Shown piece after piece: positions 46,652-56,461 of a stretch of 64,000 bases of DNA; the stretch's first letter is position 1; each line of letters opens with the position of its first letter. The position numbers and the translations under genes are program-made. The DNA lies in contig CAVWIH010000026.1 of NCBI GenBank assembly GCA_963755025.1, forward strand, positions 32,001 to 96,000, written 5' to 3'. This DNA is from an uncultured Actinomycetes bacterium (GTDB lineage Bacteria; Actinomycetota; Thermoleophilia; UBA2241). Below the pieces are notes generated by a model that was not told the DNA's origin, searched no databases, and was given only the letters and a program-made list of their open reading frames with translations.

Positions 46652-48319
46652 GTGCGCGGCCGGGCCGCGGTGGCTCTTCGCGTCGGTGCGCTCGCCGTGC
46701 TGCTCGCGGTCGGCTGGCTTGCGCTACGCCCGCCCCCGGCCACGGCGCACGCCCTGCTGATCCGCGCGGTCCCGGCCGTCAACGGCACGGTAGCGACGTC
46801 GCCGACAGAGCTCTTGCTGACCTTCACCGAGCCGGTCGACCCGACCCTGTCACACGTGCAGGTGGTCGACACGCGCGGGCGGGCGGTCCCCGGCGTACTC
46901 CCGTCGCGGGCCGTGCCCGGCGACGCGCAGCAGCTCCGGGTGCCACTGGCCCGCGCCCTGCCTCACGGCGTCTACACGGTCGATTGGCAGACGGTCTCAG
47001 CGCTCGACGGTCACCTCGCCGGGGGCGCCTACGCCTTCGGGGTCGGCGTCGCCAACGTCGGCGCCGTGGCGCCCTTCGGCAAGTACGTGCGCACCTCCCG
47101 CTGGTTGACGGGGACCGCCGCGGCGGGCCGCTGGTCGCTGTGGACGGGGCTCGTCTTGTTGTTTGGTGCGGCCTGTGTGTGTCTGATCGTGTGGCGAGGC
47201 TCGCTGCCGGCCGGTGGCGGAGCGCTCCTCGGGCTGGGCTGGCTGCTCGCCGCGGTGGGCGTGTCGACCGTCATCCTCACCGAGCGCGCCATCGTACGGG
47301 CGCCATCGCTGCTGCCGCTCTTCGAGACGCACGAGGGGATGGTGCTGCTCGGACAGGGCGCGGCCGTGCTCGTCGCCTGCGGCCTTGCCGTGTACGCGGT
47401 GAACGCGCTGCCGCGGAGCGCCACGCTGGTCGGGCTCGCCGCCGCGGCCGCCGTGGCTATGCTGTCCGTCGTCTGGGGGAGCCACGCCAACGGCGTCTCC
47501 GTCTACCGGCCGGTCGACCTTACCTTGCAGTGGCTGCACGTCGTCGCCGTCGGCGCCTGGATCGGCGGACTGGCCTGGCTCCTGCTCGGGCTGCGGGGGC
47601 TGGGACGATCCGACCGGGCCGCCGCCGCCCGCCGCTTCTCGGCCGTCGCCACGGTGAGTCTGGGCGTGGTCCTGCTCACCGGCCTCGCGCGGGCCGTGGC
47701 CGAGGTCGGCACCCTGGCGAATCTTGTGCACACGAGCTTTGGGACGCTTCTCCTCGTCAAACTGGCGCTGTTCTGCGTGCTGATCGCGCTCGGAGCTCGC
47801 AACCACTTCGTGCTCGTCCCTGCCCAGGCGCGCGACGACGCGGCGGCTCCCTTTCGACGCACGCTACGCGGCGAGCTGGTCCTGGGGGTGGGCATCATCG
47901 CCGTGACGGGCGTGCTCGGCGGGCTCGCCCCGGCGACGTTCAGCGCCGCGGCGGCCAAGGCTGCGGCCTCGAGCCGTGTCGTGCTGGCGGGCAGCGACTA
48001 CGCCACGACGGTCCGCGTGCGACTCGTCGTCAGCCCCGGGACCGTCGGTTCCAACCAGTTCACCGCGACCGTCGACGAGTACGCGACGGGGCGGCCGCTG
48101 AGCGGAGTGCGCAGCGTCGACCTTGGCTTCTCCCTACCGGGCCAGGTCGTGGTGCAGCCCTCGTCGCTGGCCCTCGGCGGAGGCCCGGGCGGCGTCTGGC
48201 GAGGGTCCGGGCTCGAGCTTTCGGTCGAGGGGCGCTGGAACGTCCGCGTGTTGGTCGAGCAGGCGACGTCGGCGGTCGAGGTGCCGCTCGTGATCGACGT
48301 CGCCCGGCCGGGCGGGTAG
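46652..48319 (+). CDS. CopC/CopD (YcnJ-like) copper transport protein with a C-terminal Ig-like domain
   Basis: 'AHALLIRAVPA..LLLTFTEPV..YTVDWQTVSALDGH..G..AFGVG'; CopD 'SHA..WLHVVAVGAWIGGL..RRFS..LLLVKL'. Confidence 0.88.
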   Translation: MRGRAAVALRVGALAVLLAVGWLALRPPPATAHALLIRAVPAVNGTVATSPTELLLTFTEPVDPTLSHVQVVDTRGRAVPGVLPSRAVPGDAQQLRVPLARALPHGVYTVDWQTVSALDGHLAGGAYAFGVGVANVGAVAPFGKYVRTSRWLTGTAAAGRWSLWTGLVLLFGAACVCLIVWRGSLPAGGGALLGLGWLLAAVGVSTVILTERAIVRAPSLLPLFETHEGMVLLGQGAAVLVACGLAVYAVNALPRSATLVGLAAAAAVAMLSVVWGSHANGVSVYRPVDLTLQWLHVVAVGAWIGGLAWLLLGLRGLGRSDRAAAARRFSAVATVSLGVVLLTGLARAVAEVGTLANLVHTSFGTLLLVKLALFCVLIALGARNHFVLVPAQARDDAAAPFRRTLRGELVLGVGIIAVTGVLGGLAPATFSAAAAKAAASSRVVLAGSDYATTVRVRLVVSPGTVGSNQFTATVDEYATGRPLSGVRSVDLGFSLPGQVVVQPSSLALGGGPGGVWRGSGLELSVEGRWNVRVLVEQATSAVEVPLVIDVARPGG

Positions 48320-48329
48320 GGCTGACTGC

Positions 48330-49529
48330 ATGAGGTTCCGCGGTCTTAGCGAGCTCGCCCTCCGCGATCTCGCCGGCAACGAGCTGCGCAGCTGGTTGCT
48401 CGGCTTGTGCGCTCTGTGCATCGCCGCGTTCGCGGTCGCCACCGTGCTCGTCGTGCACGGCGCCCAGGAGAGCCTGCACCTGGCCGCCGATCGCCTGGGC
48501 GCCGACGTCGTCGTGGTGCCGCGCGGCGCCGAGACCCAGGTCGACGGGGCGCTGCTGATGGGCACCGTCTCCAGGGTCTGGATGCCGAGCTCGACGGTCG
48601 CCCGAGTCGCTGCCGTGCGCGGCGTCGCTGTGGCCTCGCCACAGATCTACCTGGAGTCGCTCCCGCACGCGTCGTGCTGCGCCGTGAACCACCTGTTCAT
48701 CGTCGCCTACGACCCGCGGACGGACTTCACCGTGGGGCCGTGGCTGCACCGGGGGTTGGGCGGCGATCTGGGCCTGGAGCAGGCCGTGGGCGGCTGTCGC
48801 GTGACCGTGCCCGTCGATCACAACGTCATGCTCTACGGCTACACGATGTGGCTGCGCGGCAAGCTCGAGCCCACCGGCACCAACCTCGACCACACCCTGT
48901 TCATCACCCTGCCCACGGCCTACGCCATGGCGCGCAGCTCGCGCACGACGGCGGTGCGTGCGCTGGTCATCCCAAAAGACAGCGTCTCCTCGGTCATGGT
49001 AAAGGTGAGGCCCGGGGCCGATCCGGGCGCCGTCGCCCGTGCCATCTCCGCCACGGTCCCCGGTGTGGCGGCGATCGTCAGCCCGCGGATGTTCGCCACC
49101 TACCGGGCGCAGATCGGCGACCTGCTGCACCTGATGCTCGTGGTGCTCGGTCTCCTGCTGGTCATGGCCGCGGCCGTCACGGCCGCCCTCTTCGCCATGG
49201 CCGCCAACGAGCGGCGCCGCGAGCTCGGCGTGCTGCGCGCCCTGGGCGCCACCCGCGGCGCCGTCCTCGCTTCGCTGCTGGGAGAGGCACTGATCCTGGC
49301 GCTGGCCGGCGGCCTGGCCGGCGCCGTCGTGGCCGCAGCCGGCGTTGCGCTGTTCCACACGCTGCTCGCGTCAGTGCTGGGCTTTCCGTTCCTGTTCCCC
49401 TCGTTCGGCCGGCTCGCCGGCGAAGTCGCGCTGGGGCTCGCCCTCGCGCTGGCCGTGGTCGGCGCCGCGGCCGCGCTGCCGGCCCTGCGCGTCAGCCGCC
49501 AAGAGCCGGCCGTCGCCATGCGCGAATGA
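48330..49529 (+). CDS. ABC transporter permease (FtsX/MacB type) with a periplasmic SCC motif
   Basis: 'RLGADVVVVP..YLESLPHASCC..YDPRTDFTVGPWL..NERRRELGVLRALGA'. Confidence 0.88.
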   Translation: MRFRGLSELALRDLAGNELRSWLLGLCALCIAAFAVATVLVVHGAQESLHLAADRLGADVVVVPRGAETQVDGALLMGTVSRVWMPSSTVARVAAVRGVAVASPQIYLESLPHASCCAVNHLFIVAYDPRTDFTVGPWLHRGLGGDLGLEQAVGGCRVTVPVDHNVMLYGYTMWLRGKLEPTGTNLDHTLFITLPTAYAMARSSRTTAVRALVIPKDSVSSVMVKVRPGADPGAVARAISATVPGVAAIVSPRMFATYRAQIGDLLHLMLVVLGLLLVMAAAVTAALFAMAANERRRELGVLRALGATRGAVLASLLGEALILALAGGLAGAVVAAAGVALFHTLLASVLGFPFLFPSFGRLAGEVALGLALALAVVGAAAALPALRVSRQEPAVAMRE

Positions 49530-50299
49530 GCGCGACGATCTGCCTGCGCGGCGTCGCCAAGCGCTACGAGACCGGTCGCGACCGACCTGTCGAAGCCTTG
49601 CGCGCGATCGACCTCGACATCGATCGGGGGGAGTTCGTCGTCGTCACCGGTCGTTCGGGGGCGGGCAAGACCACCCTGCTCAACGTGGTCGCCGGCCTCG
49701 CGCGACCGACCAGCGGCACGGTCACGGTCGACGGGGTCGACCTCTGGCAGCTTTCCGACCGGCGACTCTCGCGCCTGCGCAACCGGCGCATGGGCTGCGT
49801 CTTTCAGTTTCCCAGCCTGCTGGCATCGCTGCCCGTCCTGCAAAACGTGCTGCTACCGCTCTCGTTTGCCGGCGCCGCAGACGGCGCTGGGCGAGCGCGG
49901 GCCGTCGAGCTGCTGACCATGGTCGGTCTCGGTGACAGGCTGACGGCGTATCCGCGGCAACTGTCGGCGGGCCAGCAGCAGCGCGTCGTCGTCGCCCGGG
50001 CGCTCGTCAACCGTCCCGCGCTGTTGCTGGCCGACGAACCAAGTAGCGACCTCGACGAGGGGACCGAGGCCGAGATCATGGACCTGTTCCGCCGCGTGCA
50101 CGCGGAGACCGGCGTGACGATCGCCCTGGTCACCCACACCACGCAGCTCGTCGCTTACGGCACGCGCCACATCGCCATGGCGGAGGGGGCGATCGCCGCC
50201 GCCGCATGTCCTGGGGGCGGCGCGCGCCTGCCGGGCGCGGCCGACGCGCCGGCCGATGTCCGTTGGGCCTCGCCTGCGGGGAAGACTGCAGACCTATGA
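49526..50299 (+). CDS. ABC transporter ATP-binding protein (LolD/MacB-like)
   Basis: Walker A 'GRSGAGKTT', 'LSAGQQQRV', 'LLADEP'; ATGA overlap. Confidence 0.92.
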   Translation: MSATICLRGVAKRYETGRDRPVEALRAIDLDIDRGEFVVVTGRSGAGKTTLLNVVAGLARPTSGTVTVDGVDLWQLSDRRLSRLRNRRMGCVFQFPSLLASLPVLQNVLLPLSFAGAADGAGRARAVELLTMVGLGDRLTAYPRQLSAGQQQRVVVARALVNRPALLLADEPSSDLDEGTEAEIMDLFRRVHAETGVTIALVTHTTQLVAYGTRHIAMAEGAIAAAACPGGGARLPGAADAPADVRWASPAGKTADL

Positions 50300-51125
50300 T
50301 CGCCTACATCACCATCAATATCGACCCCATCATCGGCCACCTCGGTCCCTTCGCCGTGCGCTGGTATCCGCTGATCATGGTCCTCGGGGTCATCGTCGGC
50401 GCCTTCATCTTCGCCGGTCAGCTGCGCCGTAAGGGCATCGAGTCGGGGCACGTGACCGCCATGCTCGCCGTCGTCGTGCCCAGTGCGATCGTCGGCGCCC
50501 GCCTCTTCAGCGTGCTCGACAACTGGAGCTACTACTCGCACCACCTGCTCGCCATCGTCAAACCGCCCTACGTGGGCCTGGCGATCTACGGCGTGCTCAC
50601 CGGCGGCCTGCTCGCCCTGGCCATCTACTGCCGCGTGAAGAAGCTCCCCGTGCTGCGCGTGCTGGACTGCCTCGCCCTGGCCATCCCGGTCGGCCAGATC
50701 ATCGGTCGATGCGCCAACATCATCAACGGCGACACCTGGGGCTCGCCCACACGGCTGCCGTGGGGCTTTGTCTACACCAATCCGCACGCCTGCTGCCGGC
50801 CGACCTGCTCGGCGTGCCGACGCACCCCACGCCGGTCTACGAGCAGCTCTGGCTGGCAGTCATGGTCGCCATCCTCTGGTATGCCGTGCCACGACTGAAG
50901 ACCGACGGCATGGCCATACTGCTCTATCTCGGTCTCTACTCGTTCGGCCGCTTCTTCATCTCGTTCTACCGGGTCAACAACATCATCGTGCTCGGCCTGA
51001 GGGAGGCGCAGATCGTCGCCCTGGTCGTGCTCGTGGCGGTGGGACCGGCGGCGTGGCTGCTGCGCCGCCGCGCCCGGCGAGCGGGTGCCGCGGCAGCCCC
51101 CACACAACGGCGACGCGCCGCCTGA
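50296..51125 (+). CDS. lgt: Prolipoprotein diacylglyceryl transferase; frameshift near 50790
   Basis: 'IDPII.HLGPFAVRWY..GARLF..GLAIYG..GQIIGRCANIINGD.WG..LPWG..HPTPVYE..YSFGRFFI..R'. Confidence 0.85.
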
Positions 51126-51158
51126 CCCGATCGCGTCGCGCCGCCGCGACGTTGCCGG

Positions 51159-52637
51159 CTATCGCACCGCGACGCCCTTCTCGGCGGCTGCGGCGGCGAT
51201 GACGTTTTCGATGTGCTGGGCGGCGCCGTCGGGCAGCGGCAGGGGGTGGTGGGTGGCGAGGATCTCGTCGACCCTGTCGGTGACGCGTTGCGCTTCGGAT
51301 CTGCCCTCGGCCACCCAGCCGTCGTACGAGCCGCGCACGAAGAGCTGCGGCAGCTGCAGCTCGCCGCTGCGCAGGAAGCGGCGCGTCTCGCGGGCGGCCA
51401 GGAAGTGGCCGCCCGGCCCCACCCGCGCCGTGACGTCGAACATGACGTGCTCGTCGTCGAAGGCGACGCCGGCCATGAGGCGCTGGCCCTGGCGGATGAG
51501 CTCGGCGTCGAGCAGCATCTTGGGCAGGTAGAGCAGCTGGGCCGAGTCGAGCATGCCGACGCCGGTCAGCAGGTCGGCTCCGGCGAGCATGGTGCAGTAC
51601 GCCATCGGCGCGCCGTCGGAGCCGACCTGCACGCAGAGCTCCTTGGCGTCTGACGACAGGCCGCAGGAGAGCACCGGCACGCCGTAGTGGCGCCCCATCT
51701 CGGTGAGCGCCAGGTTGAGCAGGACCTCTTCGGGGCCGGCCGAGGTGTAGGTCGAGGTGCGCATGTCCATGATGCCGGCGTTGCCCACGTAGATCAGCGG
51801 GCAGCCCGGCACGGCGAGCTGCAGGATGGCGAAGGCGGCCAGGCCCTCGGCGTTGGTCTGCACGGCGGTGCCGGCCAGGGTGAGCGGCGCGGTGGCGCCG
51901 GCCATGGCCAGGCTGTAGACGGTGATGGGCACGCCCTGCTCGGCGAGCAGGATGGCCGCCTCGAGGCTGTCGGCGTCGTGCTGCAGCGGGCTCACCGGGC
52001 AGTAGACGATCGAGAAGATGGGGCGCTCGGGCCGCCACACGCCGCCCGGGCTCGCGGCCGCGAGGATCTCCATGACGTAGGGCACGTCGGCGGGGTCGGT
52101 GACCTCGCCCTGCACGTGCTTGGCGCTGCCGGTGAGCATGGCCTGCAGGCCGCGCAGCGACTGCAGGTCGGGCTCTTCGTCGCAGGGGTAGGCGGTGTAC
52201 CAGAGCACGCCGACCTCGTCGAGCGCGTCGGCGACGGTCATGGCCTCGCGCAGGTCGCGGGCCGTCGAGGGGCGCCGCTCGCCGGTACGGTGGTCGAGGC
52301 ACATGGCGCCCATGCCGTCGTGGGTGGCCCAGGTGCGCGTGTGGTCGAGCAGCGCGTCCTTTTCGGGGTCGCGCGCGGCCAGCAGCACGTGCTGGGGGGC
52401 GCGGGCGAGGGCCGACTCGACGAGCTCGCGCGGCAGGCGCACGATCTGCGTCTCTTCGTCGACCGCGGCGCCCGCGTCGCGCAGCAGCGCCTGGGCGCGG
52501 GCCAGCGGCACGCGCACGCCGACCTCGGCGAGCAGCCGCAGCGACTGCGCGTGCACGTAGTCGATGGCCGCTTCGTCGAGCATGCTCAGTCGCGGGCGCA
52601 GCACGCCGGCGAAGCCGCCGCCCGTCGGGGAGCTCAT
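51159..52637 (-). CDS. Trimethylamine methyltransferase (MttB) superfamily protein, non-pyrrolysine type
   Basis: 'VHAQSLRLLAEVGV..LARAP..LAARDP..PVSPL..MAGATAPLTLAGT..NAE.LA..DMRT..GPGGHFL..T'; no in-frame TAG. Confidence 0.9.
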   Translation of the reverse strand: MSSPTGGGFAGVLRPRLSMLDEAAIDYVHAQSLRLLAEVGVRVPLARAQALLRDAGAAVDEETQIVRLPRELVESALARAPQHVLLAARDPEKDALLDHTRTWATHDGMGAMCLDHRTGERRPSTARDLREAMTVADALDEVGVLWYTAYPCDEEPDLQSLRGLQAMLTGSAKHVQGEVTDPADVPYVMEILAAASPGGVWRPERPIFSIVYCPVSPLQHDADSLEAAILLAEQGVPITVYSLAMAGATAPLTLAGTAVQTNAEGLAAFAILQLAVPGCPLIYVGNAGIMDMRTSTYTSAGPEEVLLNLALTEMGRHYGVPVLSCGLSSDAKELCVQVGSDGAPMAYCTMLAGADLLTGVGMLDSAQLLYLPKMLLDAELIRQGQRLMAGVAFDDEHVMFDVTARVGPGGHFLAARETRRFLRSGELQLPQLFVRGSYDGWVAEGRSEAQRVTDRVDEILATHHPLPLPDGAAQHIENVIAAAAAEKGVAVR

Positions 52638-52761
52638 GCGAGCACCAGGCCGAAGCCGCCGCTGCGCGGCCGGCCGGCGAACAGGTTCCGTTTCACGCGG
52701 TGACCTCCGTTCGGGGAGCGAGCATACCGGCGACCGCGTGGGGCGGGGCCGGTGACTGCGC

Positions 52762-52822
52762 TGATTAAGTCAGTCGGATGAATCATTCTGTGGTAGTCTA
52801 CGAGCCTGTAGCGGACTGTCAA
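52762..52822 (-). promoter_or_regulatory. SigA promoter of the mttB-like gene with candidate TetR operator
   Basis: Minus strand TTGACA-N16-TAGACT (52822-52795); imperfect palindrome TGATTAAGTC-AGTC-GGATGAATCA (52762-52785) just downstream. Confidence 0.55.
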
Positions 52823-52879
52823 GCGGTGCCGCGGGCGGTCCGGCTGCCGAGTCGTCACGCCGTCAACGGGGGGTCGTCG

Positions 52880-53563
52880 ATGTCACAGGAGAAGAACGCG
52901 CGTCGCTGGGAGGTCGGCGGCCGTCCGGCGCCGGGCGCCGACCCTGCCGCCGACCTCGCGCCGACGGCGGCGCGCATCCTCGAGGCCAGCAAGCGCTTGC
53001 TCGACGAAAAAGGGTTCACCGGCCTCACCTTCGAGGCGATCGCCGCCGAGGCCCACGAGAACAAGGGGAGCATCCGCTACCACTTCGGCAACAAGGCCGG
53101 GCTGATCGAGGCCCTGGCCGACTCGGTGGTCCACGACGACAACGTCGCGCTGCTCAAGGCCCTGCGCAAGCCCGGCGCCGGCGGCGCCGACCACGTGGCC
53201 ATGCTGCTGGCCATGCACCGGCGCTCGACCAAGGCGCAGCTGGGCTACCGGCGCTTCTGGGACCTCTTTCCGCAGCTCATTCGCGACGAGGAGCTGCGGC
53301 CGCGCATGGCCGAGCTGTACCGCTGGTATCGCGACCTCGACGAGTGGGCGCTGGCGCCCGACGCCGACGCGCGCCTCAAGCGCGAGCTCGACCCGCTGGC
53401 GGCCCTCACGGTGGCCGTCTGCGACGGCCTCGCCGAGCAGGTCGCCGCCGACCGCGACTTCGACGTCGACGCCGTGTTCGACTACTGGGAGGTCGTCGTG
53501 CGCGAGCTGCGCGACCGGGCCTTTCGCGCGGCCGGGCTCGAGCCTGGAGAGCCGCGGCCGTAG
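52880..53563 (+). CDS. TetR/AcrR family transcriptional regulator
   Basis: 'TAARILEASKRLLDEKGFTGLTFEAIAAEA..GSIRYHFGNKAGLIEAL'. Confidence 0.92.
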   Translation: MSQEKNARRWEVGGRPAPGADPAADLAPTAARILEASKRLLDEKGFTGLTFEAIAAEAHENKGSIRYHFGNKAGLIEALADSVVHDDNVALLKALRKPGAGGADHVAMLLAMHRRSTKAQLGYRRFWDLFPQLIRDEELRPRMAELYRWYRDLDEWALAPDADARLKRELDPLAALTVAVCDGLAEQVAADRDFDVDAVFDYWEVVVRELRDRAFRAAGLEPGEPRP

Positions 53564-53571
53564 TCGCGAAG

Positions 53572-53648
53572 GCGAGCCGCGGCTCTCGTGCCGGCGTGAG
53601 CCGTGGCCCCTGTGCCGGCGCGAGCCGCGGCCCCCGCGCGCGGCTCGC
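53572..53648. repeat. ~24-bp degenerate tandem repeat ending in a hairpin between convergent genes
   Basis: GCGAGCCGCGGCTCTCGTGCCGGC-like unit x3; the last copy pairs with CGCGGCTCGC. Confidence 0.55.
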
Positions 53649-53656
53649 CGGCCGGT

Positions 53657-54498
53657 CTACCCCAGGATGAGGCGCTGCGGGTCGACCTCGTCGCGCAGGA
53701 TGCGCAGCTCGTCGGCGGTCGGCGGCACGGCGTCGACGGCGCGCGAGGTGTCGAGCGCGAATCCCGTGTTGTCGGCGATGTGGGCGTCGCTCACGCCGGG
53801 GTAGCGCTCGGCCAGGTACATCTCGTGGCTGGTCTCGTCGAACTTGAGCACGCAGAGGTCGGTGACCACGGCCAGCGGGCCGCCGCGGCGAAAGCCGGCC
53901 TTGTGGCGGCTGTCGCCGCCCTCGAGCCAGCCGGGGCTCGTGAGGTAGTCGAGGCGTCTCCACGAACTTGCGCCGTCCGTGCTGCATGAAGACGATGAAG
54001 GCCGAGGCCAGCGAGGCCGCGTCGCTGGCGCCGCCGCTGCCCGAGAAGCGCACGGTGGGGTGCTCGTAGTCGCCGATGCAGGTCGAGTTCAGGTTGCCGT
54101 AGCTTGTCGATCTGGGCGGCTCCCAGAAAGGCGATCGTGTGCAGCCGCGGGCTGGCGATGTACGAGAACGCCTCGATGATGCCGGCGTTGATGCAGGTGC
54201 CGTCCATGACGCGCGGGTCGGCCACCGCGAGCGGGATCTCGTCGAGCGACGGGTCGATGCCGCCGGTCTCGACGAACACCACGGCGCCCGGCGCGTGGAT
54301 GCGCTTTGCGCAGCCGGCGGCGAGCAGCGCCACGCCGGTGCCGGCGAACAGGATGTCGCCGTCCGACACAAAGCGCCCGGCGGCGATCGCCATCATCTCG
54401 CGCGGGGTGAAGGGTTGCGTGTTGGCCACGGGCTGCGCGTCGGCCAAAGGCTGCGCGTCGGCCGTTCGCTGCGCGTCGCTGTCGAGTCGCTCGCTCAT
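53657..54498 (-). CDS. Family I CoA-transferase beta subunit (GctB-like); frameshifts near 54100 and 53955
   Basis: 'EMMAIAAGR..GDILFAGTG..FLGAAQIDK/YGNLNSTCIGDYEHP.VRFSGSGGASD..TSPG..VVTDLCVLKFD..PPTADELRILRDEVDP'. Confidence 0.88.
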
Positions 54499-54502
54499 CG
54501 CC

Positions 54503-55496
54503 TCACCGCCTGTCCAGTCCGATGGCGTAGCCGCGCACCGGGTCGGCCTTGATGCGCGCGAGCTGGTCGGCGCCGATCTCTGGCCACGTACTCGTCGTGG
54601 CCGGCGAGCGCCGTAGACCCACTCGTCGAGAAACGCCGCCCAGGCCTGGTCGTCGCGCGCGGCGCGCGCGTAGTCGTTCAAAAAGCCGGGGTCGTAGTCG
54701 TAGAAGAAGCGGCAAGCGGTGGGGTGGGCGCCGTAGTGGCACGCACACGATGGCGTCGACCAGGAACGGCGGCAGCGCGTTCTGGTCGGGGTCGGCGCGC
54801 AGCGTCGGCGGCCGGCACGATCTCCTCGCAGGTCACGACGACCGCCTTGGCGGCCTTGGCCTGCTCCAAGTCGGCGAAGGTCAGGCCCTTGATGCGCACG
54901 GTGCCGTCGTCGCCCACGGTCTGCACGTGCAGCACGGTCAGGTCGGGCGTGAGGGCGGGCAGCAGCACGAGGTCGCCGCCGTCGGCCTCGCCGTCGCCGT
55001 CAAACGGGTCGGGCATGACGACGAGCTTCTGGGCGGGCAGGCCGTGGGCGGCTCGGTAGGCCGGCGAGAAGCCCTGACGGGCGACGAGGTCGGTGTGCAG
55101 GCCCGACTTGGTGGGGATGAAGGGCACGTTCAGCGCGCCCGCCAGAAAGCGCAGCGCCATGTGGTAGTTGGAGTAGTCCTCGACAGCGACCTCGCCGCGC
55201 TCGGCCGCGCGGCGAAAGCGCACGCAGGTGGGGGCGAAGCGGCCGTTGCCGCCGTAGGCCACCTCGATGCGGCTCACGCAGCCGGCCCCGACCAGCGTGT
55301 CGAGCGCCTGGCCGTTGGAGTGCGCCACGAGGTGCAGGCCGCGCACGCGGCGGCGCGCCATCTCGTAGACGAAGGCCATGGGGTTGCGGTTGATGGTGAA
55401 GCCGCCCAGGGCCACCACGCCGCCGTCGTGCGCAAAGCGCTCCACGGCGTCGCCTAGGGTCGTGAGCTTGCCGCCGATGTCTGACGCCGCAGTCAC
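54503..55496 (-). CDS. Family I CoA-transferase alpha subunit (GctA-like); frameshifts in the 3' third
   Basis: 'KLTTLGDAVERF..VALGGFTINRNPMAFVYE..RFLAGALNVPFIP..PALTPDLTVLHVQ..VVVTCEEIV'. Confidence 0.88.
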
Positions 55497-55750
55497 TGCC
55501 GTGCCTTTCGATCGCCACCGCTGTCGCTCCGGGCGCCCGGGTGGTCGCGAGAATGCGAAAGCCCCCAGGCAGCCGTGTGCGCTCGCTGGGGGCCCGTGGC
55601 CGCGCTGGACGGCCGGTGAAGCGGCGTCGTCCGAGCTACGGAAGCAGCGCTGCCATCCTATCGCGCAGCGGCGGCGGCGCAAGGCCGGGTCGGGTAGACT
55701 ACGGGCGTCGTGGCGCGGCCCCCGGGGCCGCGCGCGCCGGAGGTGACGCT

Positions 55751-56112
55751 CTGCAGACGTATCTGTTTTCGGGTTACGCACGCCTGCCGCAAGACGTCTC
55801 GCACCAGAACGTCAATCGCCGCGTGGGCATCGTGGTCGAGCTCGACGAGCGCGGCGTGGTCACCGCCTGCTCGAGCACGCTCCTCATGGACCTCGCCCGC
55901 GACTTCTTCGCGCGCCTGCTGACCGGCCGCTCGCTCGTCACCGAGCGCGCCGAGATCGAGGCGACATCCACACCTTCTACCTGGGCCACTCCCAGGCCGC
56001 TCTGCTGTTCGCCCTGCATCAGGTCTTCGAGGCCGTCGACCTCTCGACGGCGCCGTTCGCGGCCGGGGGCGCCACGCCGAGGGCTCGGCGCCGACCGGCG
56101 GTCGGCGAGTAG
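55751..56112 (+). CDS. DUF3870 family protein (probable CTG start; frameshift near 55965)
   Basis: GGAGGTGA RBS before CTG; 'TYLFSGYARLPQD..GIVVELD..VVTACSSTLLMDLARDFFARLLTG..YLGHSQAALLFAL'. Confidence 0.65.
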
Positions 56113-56461
56113 CCCGAAGGGCCGCAACGACAGGCGGAGGCGAGTAGCCCGAGGGGCTCGGCGCCGACGGGCGGCGGGTTGCCACGGCGCCGGAGGCGTG
56201 GCCCGAGGGGCCGCGACGGACCAGTCGCCCGGCCGGCGCGGGACACGCCGTCACGTTGTCGGCGGCGCGGCGGCGCGTATATGATTCGTGGTGCTGCACA
56301 CATGGCTCGGCGCGGCCTTTCCGGTCGGCGCCGCAGCGGCCATGAGCCCCCAGCGAGCGCACACGGCGCGTCTCTGGGGGCGTTCTTGCTTTTCGGGGGC
56401 GCCGGACGCGCGATGGCGAGCAAGAGCGCGGCCGGTCGCCGGTCGCGACGAGGAGGAGCGC

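Noticed and set aside
51159-52637. Pyrrolysine-containing MttB
   Set aside because: The ORF is continuous with no in-frame TAG, and no pyl genes are present.
56075-56220. Short degenerate repeats (GGCGAGTAGCCCGAxGGGC) after DUF3870
   Set aside because: Only 2-3 degenerate copies in very GC-rich DNA; no supportable function.
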